A stretch of DNA of 64,000 nucleotides from Diplonema japonicum. Its lineage: Eukaryota; Protista; Euglenozoa: Diplonemea. Made by a program: the position numbers and the translations under genes. Positions 32,453 to 44,310 of the stretch are shown piece by piece (position 1 is the stretch's first letter; the number at the start of each line of letters is the position of its first letter). The DNA is taken from contig OZ025736.1 in NCBI GenBank assembly GCA_964019335.1, forward strand, positions 62,001 to 126,000. Direction: 5' to 3'. Under the pieces are notes generated by a model. The model was not told the DNA's origin. It searched no databases and saw nothing but the letters and a program-made list of their open reading frames with translations.

Positions 32453-32886
32453 TTTTTTTCTTTTTTTTTTTTCTTTTCTCTTTCTCCCCCTCCTAAAAGG
32501 ATCTTTATCTTGCACATGTGGAAACAATGGTCAAAAAGAATATCTCGGAGGGCTTTCGTGGGAAGGGTTTTTTTTGTTTCTCCTTTTTTTCTTCTCTCTC
32601 TCTCTCACCCCTCCCCTCTCTTTTTTGCCACGTTTTCTTTCTGAACGTCAAATAGCAGGGGGGGGGGGGGGGGGGGTGGCAGAAAAGGATAAAAAAGCAT
32701 AAGTTCTCATAAAAAAAATCTTTTTTATTGTTTTTTTGTGAGCGAGGGTGTTTTTATCCCCCCCCCCATTCCCTCGCTCTCATTTTCCATTCTTACTTCT
32801 TTTTCTTTTTTTTTTTTATAAAGTTCATTATTCCTTTAGGTGAGGGGAAAAAAAAAAAAAAAAAAAAAAAAAGAGGGAAACCCTTA

Positions 32887-33887
32887 TCATAGCACTTGAT
32901 AGTGCTTCGCTGTTGCACCCAGCGCCACGAACACCAACGCAACAGCCAGCACACAAAGGTAAAGGTACGCAAAGAAGTACAGCTTCCGAAGATGCAGGAG
33001 GTAGTGGACAATGACCTTCCCTGTGAGCTTGCTGGCACCCATCTGGCGAGTACCGAAAAGGAAGCTTACCTGTTTTTTTTTTTTAAAAAAGCTTTTATAT
33101 TTCCCCCCCTCGGCTCATACCTCCTTCAGTGCATCCCGTTTCACCTTCGCCTTCACATACACCTCAAGGGCTATTTTGTACCCAATCGGGTCGATTCTCG
33201 AACGAGCTTTCTCAAATGTTTCCCGTCTCACCCCGAAGAAGCCGGACATCGGGTCGGAGAGCGGCGACAGCGGTCTGGCCAGCATCCTTGCACCCGACGA
33301 GATGACCCGCCTGTGGAGCGGCCAACCTTCGCTTACACCACCTTGGTTCCCGTATCTTTTTTTTTTTCCTTTTTTTTTTCTTTTTTTTGAAATACCTTGT
33401 ACCAAGCACAAATTCCGTACCTGGTGTTCTTAGTGCCTCTATCATATCAGGTACCGACTCAGGGGGGTGTTGAAGGTCGGCATCCATGCATAGCAGCAGC
33501 TGTTTTTTTTTTTTTTTTTTTTTTTTTTTATTTAACTCCACCAAAATTTTCATGGGTGGGAGTGAAAATAAGAATTCACTTTATTTGATTTTTTTTTTTT
33601 TTTTTTTTTTTTAATATTACCGATCCATTCCCTTCCGCAAACCCTCTCAGTACTGCGCTGGAGAGGCCCCGTTCGGTTGTCCTTGTGATGAGGTGCAGTC
33701 TGTACCCCTCGTCTTTTAGTGTTGCACACACTTCCTTCGTGCTGTCTGGGGAGTTATCATCCACGATAATCATCTCTGCGTCTCTGATCCCTTTCGCCTC
33801 CAAGGCCTTGAATACCCTTTCAGTCAAAGGTCTCAAGTTCGCTGCTTCCTCGTACGCCGGCACCACGATACTGATGTTAATAGCCAT
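32887..33887 (-). CDS. DPM1: Dolichol-phosphate mannosyltransferase (GT2) with C-terminal TM; introns 33500-33620, 33356-33395, 33070-33120
   Basis: SIVVPAYEE, IIVDDNSPD, RGLSSAV, MDADLQHPP, GTRY, SDPMSGFF, GYKIALE and GASKL, followed by a hydrophobic tail after splicing. Confidence 0.88.
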
Positions 33888-34011
33888 TTTTTTTTTTTTT
33901 TTTTTTTCCCGCCTTTTTCTGTCATGTGGTTGGGGTTGGAAGATTAGGAAAACAACAAAAAAAAATTGTGGAACACGGGAAAGATGAAAAAAAAAGGGGT
34001 GCGGGAAAGCA

Positions 34012-34054
<43 letters not shown>

Positions 34055-34323
34055 GTGGTACTCAAGCAATGTGCACATCGGTACAAATCATCAGTACCAA
34101 ACAAAAAAAAAAAATACCAAAAAAAAAAAAAAAATCAGGAGAGAAACAGAGGGGGAGGGGGATAGCGGGGAAAAAAAATGCGAGAAAAACAACAAGAAAA
34201 AAAAAAAAAAAGAAAATCCACACGAGGGGGAAGGGGGGGAGAAAAACACTAATAAGAAAAAAAAAAAAAAAAAAAAAAAAAAGCATCATAGCTTCGATTC
34301 ACTTATACACACATGTCCCCTTC

Positions 34324-34894
34324 TCATTCAACTTTAATCATGTCAGCCGCCTTGAAAATATATAACGCCCCATCTGTACCGCAAGTGGAGAAGCTGTAAG
34401 AAGACCCATATTTAACAACTGCTATTTGGGTAATTGCAGACCGATGATGTGTGTTGACAGTTTTTTTAACCTGCAATTTTTTTTTTCCTTTTTTTTTCCC
34501 CTCTCCGCCCCCCCCACTATACCTGAGCTGCACCGAAGGTCTCTTGATCCTGGAACATCTCCATCGCCGCCTTGGTGCTGGAAGATTTCTTTTGGAGGCC
34601 AGAGCTTGTGAGCCACTTACCCTATTTTTTTTTAAAAAAAGAAAAAAAAAATTTCCCCCCCTTTCAAATTCATACCGCCATGGCCCACTTGTCGCCGTTC
34701 TTCTCAAAAGCAACAGGATAGAAATCGTTCCCCGCAGCCACACACACCTCGTCGGAGACAAATCGGACAGTGCTGAAGGGAAGAGTATTGAGCTTGATGG
34801 TCTGAATCTTGTCGTAGTCAGACCCAGAAGTGTTCACAAAGCTGATGGAAGAGTTGTGCGAAACTGCCGCAAGCCAGTTCGAATCCGGGCTGTG

Positions 34895-34933
<39 letters not shown>

Positions 34934-35675
34934 AGAAGGACACATCGTGGACCCACCCGCCGATGTCGAACTGACCCAACATTTTTCCGAGTTTACCAGG
35001 GTTTGCCACCTTCCCGTCAACAGGTTTCAAATATGCGGATATTATGTTCAGCCTACAGTCGGTCGAACCGGTTGCAAGGAGCAAGTCCCCACAAGGCATC
35101 CAGTCCACACACGTCACAGAACTGCTGTGGTCCCGGGTCGCCTTCGCCACCCACCAGTTGTTGCTGTCATCGTAGTAACAAACATAGGTCCGCCCGCTCC
35201 CTGTTCCGATCGCAAACTTCGATTCTGAGGAACACCATTTCACCTGCAGCCCGGCGTAGGAGCAACCACCACTGTCTGTTTTGGGATTTTTTTTTTTTTA
35301 ATTTTTTTTTTTTTTTTGCATTACCCATCACCACCAGTTCTTCACACCACTTGTCCCCTTTAAGCTGCCACACGTATGCGGTCAAATCTTCGCTGCAGCT
35401 TACGATTCTGTTTTTGGTGTGTCCCCAGTGAAGCCCTAGTACAGTCATGTCATGCTGTGGTTTGTGTGTGTTTTTTTTTTTTTTTTTTGAAATGAAACAC
35501 ATACTGCCTCCAGAGTGTGTAGCAGCTTCCACTTTGCCGAGTCTGTCCCCTCCACAGCGAATATCAAAATCTTGTTGTCGTTAAAGGACACAGCGACCTG
35601 CGACTTGTCCTCGTTCCATGTTTGGCACGTGATGGCGCTCTTCGACAGCCTTACTTCTTCCTTTTTCTTCAACAT
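34324..35675 (-). CDS. ARPC1: Arp2/3 complex subunit 1 (WD40); introns 35455-35504, 35276-35324, 34890-34932, 34622-34675, 34471-34522
   Basis: ITCQTWNEDKSQVA, NRIVSCSED.TAYVW, KFAIGTG, CYYDDSNNWWVAK, LLATGSTD, GGWVHDVSF and FSTCGTDG join in frame through five GT-AG introns. Confidence 0.92.
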
Positions 35676-36617
35676 TTTTTTTTTTTTGTATGTGTGTCCT
35701 TTGGGTTTGATAATGGTATTGGAAAAAAAAAAGAAAATAATAAGAAAAATAAACTAGACATTTAAAGGTTTGCGTTTTCGCGCTCACATGTGTCTCTCAG
35801 AAAGAAAAAAAAAAAGAAAAACAATTAGCCGCAACATCGTCTTTTTTTTTTCTTTTTTTTTTTCTTTCTTATTTTTGTTTTCCGCCCTTCACCTGGAGAG
35901 AGGATCGGAAATTTTCACGAGAAAAAAGCAAAAGATTGCAAAAAAGAACTCTTTTTTTTTTCTTTTTTTTTTAAAAGGCAGGTATCCCTGAGTCAGGGGA
36001 ATTTAAAAACAAAAAAAGGGGGGGACAAAAAAAACTTGACCGAATCTTTTTTTTTTTTTCCTAAATTGCCGTTTATTTGCCGTTTGTTCGGGTTTTTTCA
36101 AGACAGAGCAAAGGCTGCAAAATAAAAAATAAAATAAAAAAGGTGGACGAGGGTTAGCATTCAAAAGAAAAAAAAAGAAGAAGAAAAAAGAAAAGAAGAA
36201 AAAAGTTTTTTTTTTTCCCCCACCCACGCCACAGTATTTCCTTCTTTAAAAAAAGCACACCGAGGGCTTCGAGAGTAGTATTCTCCTGATGTGTGCAATA
36301 AAGAAAAATGGGGAGGAAGAAAAAAAGGGGGGGGGGGGAAAGACATAACACGAAGGAGGGGGTGAGATCTTATTCACACTCTCTTGTTTTCCTTTTTTTC
36401 GTTTTTTTTTTTTTCTCCTCGTAGGGAAATAGGGAAGAAAACAAAACAAAAAAAAAAAAAACTGAACAGAAAAAAAAAAGGGGGCGGGGGAACATACAGA
36501 ATGAGAAAAATAAATAAAATGAGAAAACCGGGAGACAAAACTACTCATGATACTTGGTGTGACAAGTAAAAAAAAAAAAAAAGAAAAAACTCAAAGGCAA
36601 TCTCACTCCATGACAGA

Positions 36618-36650
<33 letters not shown>

Positions 36651-36773
36651 CCATGTTAAAAAAAAAGGAAAAGTAAGAGGTGCCGCCACCACCACCCCCC
36701 CTGCAACCACCACAACGAAAATGAGGGAAAGCTAAAAAGAGAATAAAAAAAAAATTTTTTTTATGACTTATGT

Positions 36774-36807
<34 letters not shown>

Positions 36808-36830
36808 CGCACGAGGGCAAAAATACCCTT

Positions 36831-39800
36831 TCACTCTTTCCAATAATCCACAAAAGAAGGGAAGATACAAGCAGTGGATGTGCTCATGACATCGTGCTCG
36901 GCCCTGTACTGCGACCCCCTCGCAGTTTGCCATTCGCTTCGCAATGTTCCTAAAAGCAACGCCTCGGCACTAACGTGCTGAGCCAGCGCAACACGGAACT
37001 GCCTGGACAGCTCTATAGAAAGATACTTAGCTGACTTTGCAGTAAGAAGAATGTGGCTAGAAATAGGTTCGCTGTACGAGTCGAGGAGAAGCTTCAACCG
37101 TGAGACGGACGCTGCAGCACAACTGACATAAACACAACTCACACCCCATCCCCCTTCACGAAGAACCCCAAGTAGCGTTTTAAGCTGCAATTCCGGTTTG
37201 TCCTCAGTGACCGTTAAACAGATTCTGTGAGCTCGCTGTTTTAAAGCAGAGGCGAGCAATGATGTGTAAGTCATGGAGAGAGAAGAGCTGGTAGGGACCA
37301 CAGGGTTGCTATAAAGAAGAAGTGAGACCGGGTTTTTCTTGCCTGCCAGGATGTTTGGAGTTTGTTTCGATCCGCTCACAAAGAAGTAGGCTTGCATGGA
37401 CATGCACAGGCCCTCGCTGAGTTCTTGTAAGCTCTTATCAAAGCCGTCTTCTCCAACGTCTTCATCTGACACTCCGTAGAGCCATCCTGCCCAGTCGTCC
37501 TCTATGTCGTCATTGCTTAGCATCTTCACGTCTTTCTTTGCTTGATCGACCTGTGTCCACACATCATGCCATTCCAGCCATGCCTTCCCCACCCCTTCCT
37601 CGCCTTCCCCCCCGCAGGTAGACCGCGCAGCTTCCTTTTTCTTTAGGATCTCCCCGAGCTGTTCAAGCCGGTTCTCAGCAGCTTCCTTTTTTTTTTTTTT
37701 TTTTTTTTTTTTTCGTTTGTGGAAACACCTTGATCTTGCGGTACGGGTTTGCCTTCAAAGCATACTTCGATCGCAGCGCGAAGTATCTGTTTTTTTTCCA
37801 TTTTTTTTCTTTTCTTTTTTTTTTTTTTTAATTCAAACCTCCTCCGGTTGTAGTGCCCGCAGTGCTTCATCAGGCTTCTAATGAAGTCCTCGGTGATCGC
37901 GGTATTTGTGGTCTTCAAGGTGACGGAGTCCAAGCATGTACGGATTTCTGCAGAAGAAATAGCGAACTCGTTTGTGCCGTAAACAGAGCGGGCCGGGACC
38001 CGCGTGCGGCCTTTGATCATGCGGAAGATGGTGTCCTCCACTTCAATGTCGCTGGTGTCCACTGCGGAGTGGTTCAGGACGAACATCCGTTCCCCATCTC
38101 CCGCCAGCGACTCAAAGGTCTGCATCCCGTCGTCAAGGAGGGAGGTGAAGACGGTCCCGAGCCTCTTTGCCGCAGGGTAGAGCTGACTCGCCATCAGGCT
38201 GCTGTTCTTGTAGACCGCCCCTAGCTCCTTGTCAGCGTGTGCGAAGTCGTTCTCTCTGCTGGCGTCTGCGCCCTCTTGGATAAGCTTTGCCACGTCGCTG
38301 GTCATGGCTGCTGGCCTCACAACCCATCCATCGTCCTCCTGTGACGTGTGTTGGTTTTTTTTTTTTTTTTTTTTTTTTTTCGCACACCACTAGTCCCACA
38401 TTTGCCTCTCCTTCCAAAGACTCCTCATCGCTCGCCTCCACGTACTCATCACTATGCGGCTGCAGTGCCCGCGGTGGTAGTGGTTCCGTTGAATTCTGTG
38501 AGTTGTTTCCCTCTTTTCCCTCTTTCTTTTTCTCCGGGTACCTTGCCGTTGCCGTGTTTGGAGTACGATTCGTACTCGCTCTCTGTGTCCGTCTGCTGGC
38601 ATTCGATGATGCTGCCTATCCCACTATCTGAGTCGTCCTGTGTGTGTGTGTGTGTGTGTGTGTGTTGTGACCCTTGCCATACCTCCAGCACTGCTATGCC
38701 CATCGGCGAGGAAATAAAGAGGTCTGACACCACACCTGTCGGTGTCGCCAAACGTATCGCTGGCAGCATTGTCTTGTGGTACATTGAGCCCCATGCATCG
38801 TCAGAAGTGTAGCCGCTGTAGGAGTGGTTCCACCAGGAGGGCGACAGGGCGGATGCGGGGTCCTCCTCGCGTATGATCTTGCTCTCTATGGGCAGTACCT
38901 CGCTGCTCTTCAGGGGCGGTGGCGGGGGCATCACGTAGTCGACGCTGGGCGACGCGGGGGGCGTGATGGAGGACTTGGTGGGGGACAACGGGCTGTTGGT
39001 TGCCTCTAACCTCGGCGACGACGAGATGGAACCATTAGAAGACGTCCTGAGAGGCAGCCTGAAATTGTTCAAAGAGCAAGAACCCTCAAACCCGTCTTTC
39101 TTCCCCGACCCTGACCCCGCCGAGTCCAGCGAGCGTTGCCCAAAGCTTGATGTCATTGTGCCTGTCAATGGGAAGTCGGCAGGCGAATCACTGCCCTCTT
39201 GACGTTTCTTCAACACTATCATATCCAAAGCGGGGGGACAACGAGGGTCCGTGCTCCCCAGCTTCGGGGTGCTCCTCCTCTCTGGTGATGAAAGCTCTGA
39301 TCTTTCAGGAGCAGTGCTGCACGTGGAGTCGAGTTTCACCTCCACTGTCGCCTCAATTTCGACCTCCTCCACCTCCTCAACTTCTTCAATCTCTTCCACT
39401 TCCTCGATCTCTTCTACCTCCTCAACACCCACCACCTCCAAGCACTTGTCCTGTGACTCATCGAACGGGTCATGTGGCCCCTGCGCCGTTTTGGGTTCCC
39501 AATCTGCTTCTTTTTCTTCACCCTCGTCGGCTATCACTTCCTGTGTTTGCATCTGCACCTCGGGTGCTTCCGTAACTACTGCTGTCTCTTCTTCGGCGGG
39601 CATCCTATCGACCACTTCCTCCAGTTTACCTGTTCGCAGCCCCTCCAGCAGCAGTGCTTTCATGCCAACCATCTTTGTCTTTACTGGTCGTTTCTCTTCA
39701 CTAGGGACTGCCTCCTTCGGCTCTTCTTCGACCGGCAAGCTCTCGATCACTTCCTCCAGCTTCCCACTGCGTAGACCCTTCAGAAGTGCTGCTGCGAAGC

Positions 39801-40653
39801 CCGAAGCCTGTCGCACAGGCAGCTCTGCGAGGTGTTCCTCCACGTGCTCTTCGTCAACATGCACTGTCTGCGTCTGCTCTCGTGGTGCTTCCGTAACTAC
39901 TGCAGTCTCTTCAGCAGGCATGGTGTCTACGACCTTTTCCAGTTTGCCCGTGCGAAGGCCCCTTAGGAGTGCTGTCTTAGCACCGGATATCCGCCGTTGT
40001 GTCTCGGTGGGCTTTGTCTCGGTGGGCTTCGTCTCGGTGGGCTTTGTCTCGGTGGGCTTTGTCTCGGTGGGCCTTGCATCAGGGATCCCCCGGTCATCGA
40101 GGGCACGCCGCTCCCGTTCTTGTTCGGTGTCGGTTAAGCTGGCGTTCGACGGCACCGTCTGCGGTTCGTTTCTCTGCAGCTGTGGCTGAGAAACGGGCAG
40201 GTCGCGGTGACCGTTAGCGAGGCAATCTATGTTAGGGACAGGGACTGGGACAGGGGAGGGGATGGGGGTAGGCGCGACCTCAAGAGGCTTCGGTGCAGGG
40301 GACTGCGTGCCTCTTGACGATGGCTGATAAGTAGGAAGAGACGAGAGAGAGATGCTTGGAGAGACGCGCGAGGTGCTTCGCAAACGGCAAGGGGAGATGC
40401 TTCCTGTAGGGACTGTAAACGGCAAGGCGGACATTTTAATGGCAGTTCGCTGTGCTCTCGCATAGACGTGAGATGAAGGCGATCCGTTGTCAGCCCACGC
40501 CACAGATGGCACCCGCCCTTGGCACGGGTTCTGCAGCAGGCTGTCAAAGCTATTATTCTTTCTCGGCCGCCCACATACGACCTCTTTCCTGGACCCCCTC
40601 GGGGTCAGCGTGAACAGCAGGCTGAACCGCTCGTCATCTCGCACAGGCGTCAT
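36831..40653 (-). CDS. Large hypothetical protein with internal repeats; introns 38638-38682, 38496-38541, 38339-38387, 37787-37838, 37686-37728
   Basis: Five 43-52 nt GT-AG introns join ORFs 38452-40653, 37643-38320 and 36831-37592 into one frame. Start codon uncertain. Confidence 0.7.
40000..40071. repeat. 15-bp coding minisatellite (PTETK x~5)
   Basis: gtctcggtgggcttt repeated about five times. Confidence 0.9.
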
Positions 40654-40760
40654 CCTCGACGGCCTCCTGGTGGCAGGGTCATGGGGCAGATTGAAGAGAG
40701 AAATAAGATAATAAAAGGAACGCAGAAGTGAAAAGGACCCTTTTCTTTTGAAAAAGAACT

Positions 40761-40809
<49 letters not shown>

Positions 40810-41058
40810 ATACCAAATATATGGCCATATCTCCTATGAAACAAGGATACAGAATGTTTTGTTTTCTCTTTTTTTTTTTTTTTCCCATATCCGCTCAACT
40901 ACTCAGCCAAGCTGACTCCCCTCAAAAGAATTTTTCAAAAACACAGAGAGAAGGGAGAAGAAAGAAGAAATAAAAGAACAGAAAAAGAGGGGTTTGCACT
41001 CTCTTTTCTCATCCCCCCCCCCCCCCCCCCTCTTTTCTCCCTGTTATACTCACCTCTT

Positions 41059-41808
41059 TCAAGACAAGGTTTCGATCCGACAGTTGGGCCACAGCTGCTC
41101 CGCAGCTTCAGCGAGTTGGAACGCCCTCTGGGAAGAGGGGTGTGTCTTATGTTTAGAAAAGGAGAGACAATCAGCAGAACAGGTTGTGGACGCCACCTTG
41201 TTCGTTGCCAGGTCGATCTCAAGCCTCAGTACCCATGACATAGTAAAGTCAGGCTGGATGATGGAGGAAGGGTTGTAGCGTTCCACCCGGCGAGTGGTGC
41301 AAAGGAAGGAAGTTGAGGAAGCGGCATAGGTGGTGGACCAATCCTCAGTAGACCACGTGCCTGCCATCCAAGGCTGCCAGATAATCGACTTTAACCGGCC
41401 AAAGGCTTGGAAGGGAATTCCTTGATTGACGGCAGACATGCAACACTCCGCCCGCTCCCCCAGCGCTAGCTTTTTCATAACTTCTCTCAGAAGCGGGCTT
41501 TCATCATAAGATAAACTCTCCTCAGGGAATAGTTTCCGTGTCTCCTCCCACGTCTCCACGATCTCTGCGTCGCGTTCTACACCGCACGCTTTTACAAAAT
41601 CCCTGAACCATTCCAATAAACCCCACCCTGCCTTTTCTCTCCCTTCCTGCTCGCAGTCTTTGTACAACCGACATACATCGCCATGGGACGTCTGCCGCTT
41701 CTGCACAATACGGCTGATCTGCTGTTCCCATTCCACGTACGCCCCGTCGGGCGCTTCCTCAACAGGTTCTTCTCGCATCTGGAGGAGGATCGCATAGATA
41801 TTTCCCAT
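41059..41808 (-). CDS. Hypothetical protein
   Basis: Open frame from MGNIYAIL, preceded by a pyrimidine tract and AG. No recognisable family; may hide an intron. Confidence 0.5.
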   Translation of the reverse strand: MGNIYAILLQMREEPVEEAPDGAYVEWEQQISRIVQKRQTSHGDVCRLYKDCEQEGREKAGWGLLEWFRDFVKACGVERDAEIVETWEETRKLFPEESLSYDESPLLREVMKKLALGERAECCMSAVNQGIPFQAFGRLKSIIWQPWMAGTWSTEDWSTTYAASSTSFLCTTRRVERYNPSSIIQPDFTMSWVLRLEIDLATNKVASTTCSADCLSFSKHKTHPSSQRAFQLAEAAEQLWPNCRIETLS

Positions 41809-41887
41809 CTTGTTTGTTTTGCTGTCCTCTGCCTGTGGGAGTTGCAACACCTCTCTTGGAAGGAAAAAAAAAGAAGAAAAATCATGG

Positions 41888-44242
41888 TCAAGACTGGCAC
41901 TTCCATCTGATAATGCCTGGACGGACTTCCTTCCGCTTCCACTCGCACCCGACAAGCGGGGTAGCCGACTGCGGGGCTTCGTCAGAAACCGAACCACATT
42001 TCAAGTCGAGGTTCAGAATAGTTTGAAGGTCGGTGCAGGTGAAACGAGTGGCACAAGTAGGAGGCGCGAAAGGTGGTCTACAGGAACAGGATGCAGGGCG
42101 TGACGGGGGGTAGATGAGACCGTACCTGCAAGCGCCTCTGTTGTTGCATGCCGAGGTAGGGGTGCATGTGGGCGCGTATGAGGCCACTGCCGTGGGGGCG
42201 ATGCCACGTGGATGGTGTCCAGAAACATGCCATGCTGTCGCGGGTTCCACAGATGTAAACAGCTCTGCGTCAGATATTAGCCCCCACCTCCCAGGGCCCA
42301 GTGTCACTATGCTTCGAAGTTGTGTCGTTGCATACACCACAGCCCACCACCTCACCAAAGGCAGCTCTGTTGTAAGATCATACGGCAGCTCTACCACCAC
42401 TGCACGCTTCCCGTCCAGCACGTAAAACCGCCCCTGCACACCATATACACCGTTCACATTTTGCACCCCCGACGTCCCTGGTAGGCTCTTCCACTTTCCC
42501 CCCACAACCTTTGCCCGCAATGCCCCCCCGCACCCCGAGAGCAGCAAGCCCCTCGCTGTACCAACATGTGCGAGGCATCCAAACCCCATCCGCTCGTCCT
42601 GCGTCCATGTCATGCCTGAATCTTCAGTTGACCACAAGTACCCTTCATCTGTGGCCACATAACCCATCCCATTGTCCCATATGAAGACTCTCATTTCGCT
42701 TGGTGTCATTGCCGAAGAACCCGGCAACACCACTTCTGTCCATGTTCCGCCCATGTCCTCGCTCCGTAACACGCCCTTCAGCGATGACGAACCAGCAAGA
42801 ACAAGCCCTGTGTCCAGAGCCGCCCCATGGTCGCATGGGTGTGCTGTGTAAACAGTTACCCACGACAACCCACCGTCCGTAGACTGTGATATCCCTAGTG
42901 AGTGAGTGACTACGACGGCTTGTGTGTAGGGCAGCACAAGGATAGCCGTTGCGTTGCCAGGAACGGTAAAAGTGTGCAGCTCTGGTGTAAAGGTCCCCTT
43001 TTCATCTCTCCACGTCATGTACTGTGTGTCATTTGCCAGCTTATACTCGGAGTTGACCAAGGGCACCCACAACCTATCCATAGCAGACGTGAGCGGTTTC
43101 TCTGTAACAGGTGCATCGTTCACTTCGGGTGGGTCCACTCTCTGGTTCAGCTCCTTTAAGCAATCCATCGTGAACACCTGCACTAACCCATGTGCAGGAC
43201 TCTGTTGTTCCGTGTGGCACCCAGACAGCAGACTAATACTCCCCTCGTCTAGTCCCCATGTCACCTTGTCTGCAATGGCGGCCTTCCCGTCAATTCTGAC
43301 GGTGAACAGACCATCCTGAAGAAGCACCTCCACTCTGTATGTCACACCAACGTGGAGCATGTAACTAGTAGTGGTCTGTGCAGAATAAACAGGAACAGGG
43401 TTCCCAAGAAGTGTGCACCGCAGGAGGCCCCCACCCGGTTCCTCTACAACGTCAACAAGTAGCCCTCCCGCGAGGTCCGTAACACTACAACCTGTGTCAC
43501 CCCCGCCGACCAAAGCTATCGAAGCGGCTGCCTGTGGAGCAGAAAGCAGCGTGATGTACATTTTAAGATAAAAACTATTTTTGCGAGGTGTAAACGCAGC
43601 GTTGGTAAAGGGACGACTAGCAGTGTAGGGCCCGCTGCAGCCGTGGCTGCAAAGCGCGGCGAAGACGTTTCTGTAGAGCCCTGTCGTGTTGGTGTTGACG
43701 ACGAGGTCCCCGTATGTGTCAGCAGCGTCCGCTATCAGCTCCGTCGCTGTGAGATGCTTCTGGTAGTAGTGCACGTCTCGTATGCCACCCCGGAACTGGT
43801 ACCCGAGGGCGCAGTCCGTCCTGAAGCCGTTGGGAACTGCTGCGCCCATGTACCTGCTGAGCAGGAGTACCCCGTCGGTGTAGATGAGGAGCCGCTTCCC
43901 GTCGAGAACCACTGCCACATGGTGCCAACGCCCGTCGGTCATGTCAACTTCCCCGTGCCCCACAACACCGTCTGCTGTCACGACCTCGAGCCTTCCTGCT
44001 GTGCTGTTCCAGTACCGCAGCTGGACGAGGTCGTTGCTCCCACCGCATGTCCACACTGCACCACCACCAGCCACCCGCACGTGTGCTGTGACTGTCACAG
44101 GCCAGCTCCCCATCCACAGGTCGTCGATCTTCACTACATCGTTATCTTCAGTAAAGTGCACTGCCCCAGTGGTGTTGCAGGTTGCAGCAGCGTTCGCCAC
44201 ATATAACAGCAGCATCAACAGATCGACCCCCATGTGCCCCAT
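41888..44242 (-). CDS. Secreted LamG/ConA-like + BNR (Asp-box) propeller + EGF-like protein
   Basis: Signal peptide, LamG DGRWHHVAVV..LLIYTDG..FRGGIRDV, Asp-boxes STDGGLSW, SEDMGGTW and TEDSGMTW, EGF CNNRGAC..CSCRPPFAPPTC. Confidence 0.8.
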   Translation of the reverse strand: MGHMGVDLLMLLLYVANAAATCNTTGAVHFTEDNDVVKIDDLWMGSWPVTVTAHVRVAGGGAVWTCGGSNDLVQLRYWNSTAGRLEVVTADGVVGHGEVDMTDGRWHHVAVVLDGKRLLIYTDGVLLLSRYMGAAVPNGFRTDCALGYQFRGGIRDVHYYQKHLTATELIADAADTYGDLVVNTNTTGLYRNVFAALCSHGCSGPYTASRPFTNAAFTPRKNSFYLKMYITLLSAPQAAASIALVGGGDTGCSVTDLAGGLLVDVVEEPGGGLLRCTLLGNPVPVYSAQTTTSYMLHVGVTYRVEVLLQDGLFTVRIDGKAAIADKVTWGLDEGSISLLSGCHTEQQSPAHGLVQVFTMDCLKELNQRVDPPEVNDAPVTEKPLTSAMDRLWVPLVNSEYKLANDTQYMTWRDEKGTFTPELHTFTVPGNATAILVLPYTQAVVVTHSLGISQSTDGGLSWVTVYTAHPCDHGAALDTGLVLAGSSSLKGVLRSEDMGGTWTEVVLPGSSAMTPSEMRVFIWDNGMGYVATDEGYLWSTEDSGMTWTQDERMGFGCLAHVGTARGLLLSGCGGALRAKVVGGKWKSLPGTSGVQNVNGVYGVQGRFYVLDGKRAVVVELPYDLTTELPLVRWWAVVYATTQLRSIVTLGPGRWGLISDAELFTSVEPATAWHVSGHHPRGIAPTAVASYAPTCTPTSACNNRGACRYGLIYPPSRPASCSCRPPFAPPTCATRFTCTDLQTILNLDLKCGSVSDEAPQSATPLVGCEWKRKEVRPGIIRWKCQS

Positions 44243-44310
44243 GAGGGCAGCCCTCCCTGTGGGTGTGGCAAGACGAGAGAAGCAGGATAAAAACGATTTT
44301 TTTTCTTTTT

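Noticed and set aside
34324-35675. Programmed frameshifting, RNA editing or pseudogenisation to explain fragmented genes
   Set aside because: Every break is bounded by GT...AG and removing it restores the frame, so ordinary cis-splicing suffices.
39251-40189. Long plus-strand ORFs (for example 312 aa here; also 26955-27692, 34451-35431, 59246-60001)
   Set aside because: Antisense shadows of real minus-strand genes with no independent motifs.
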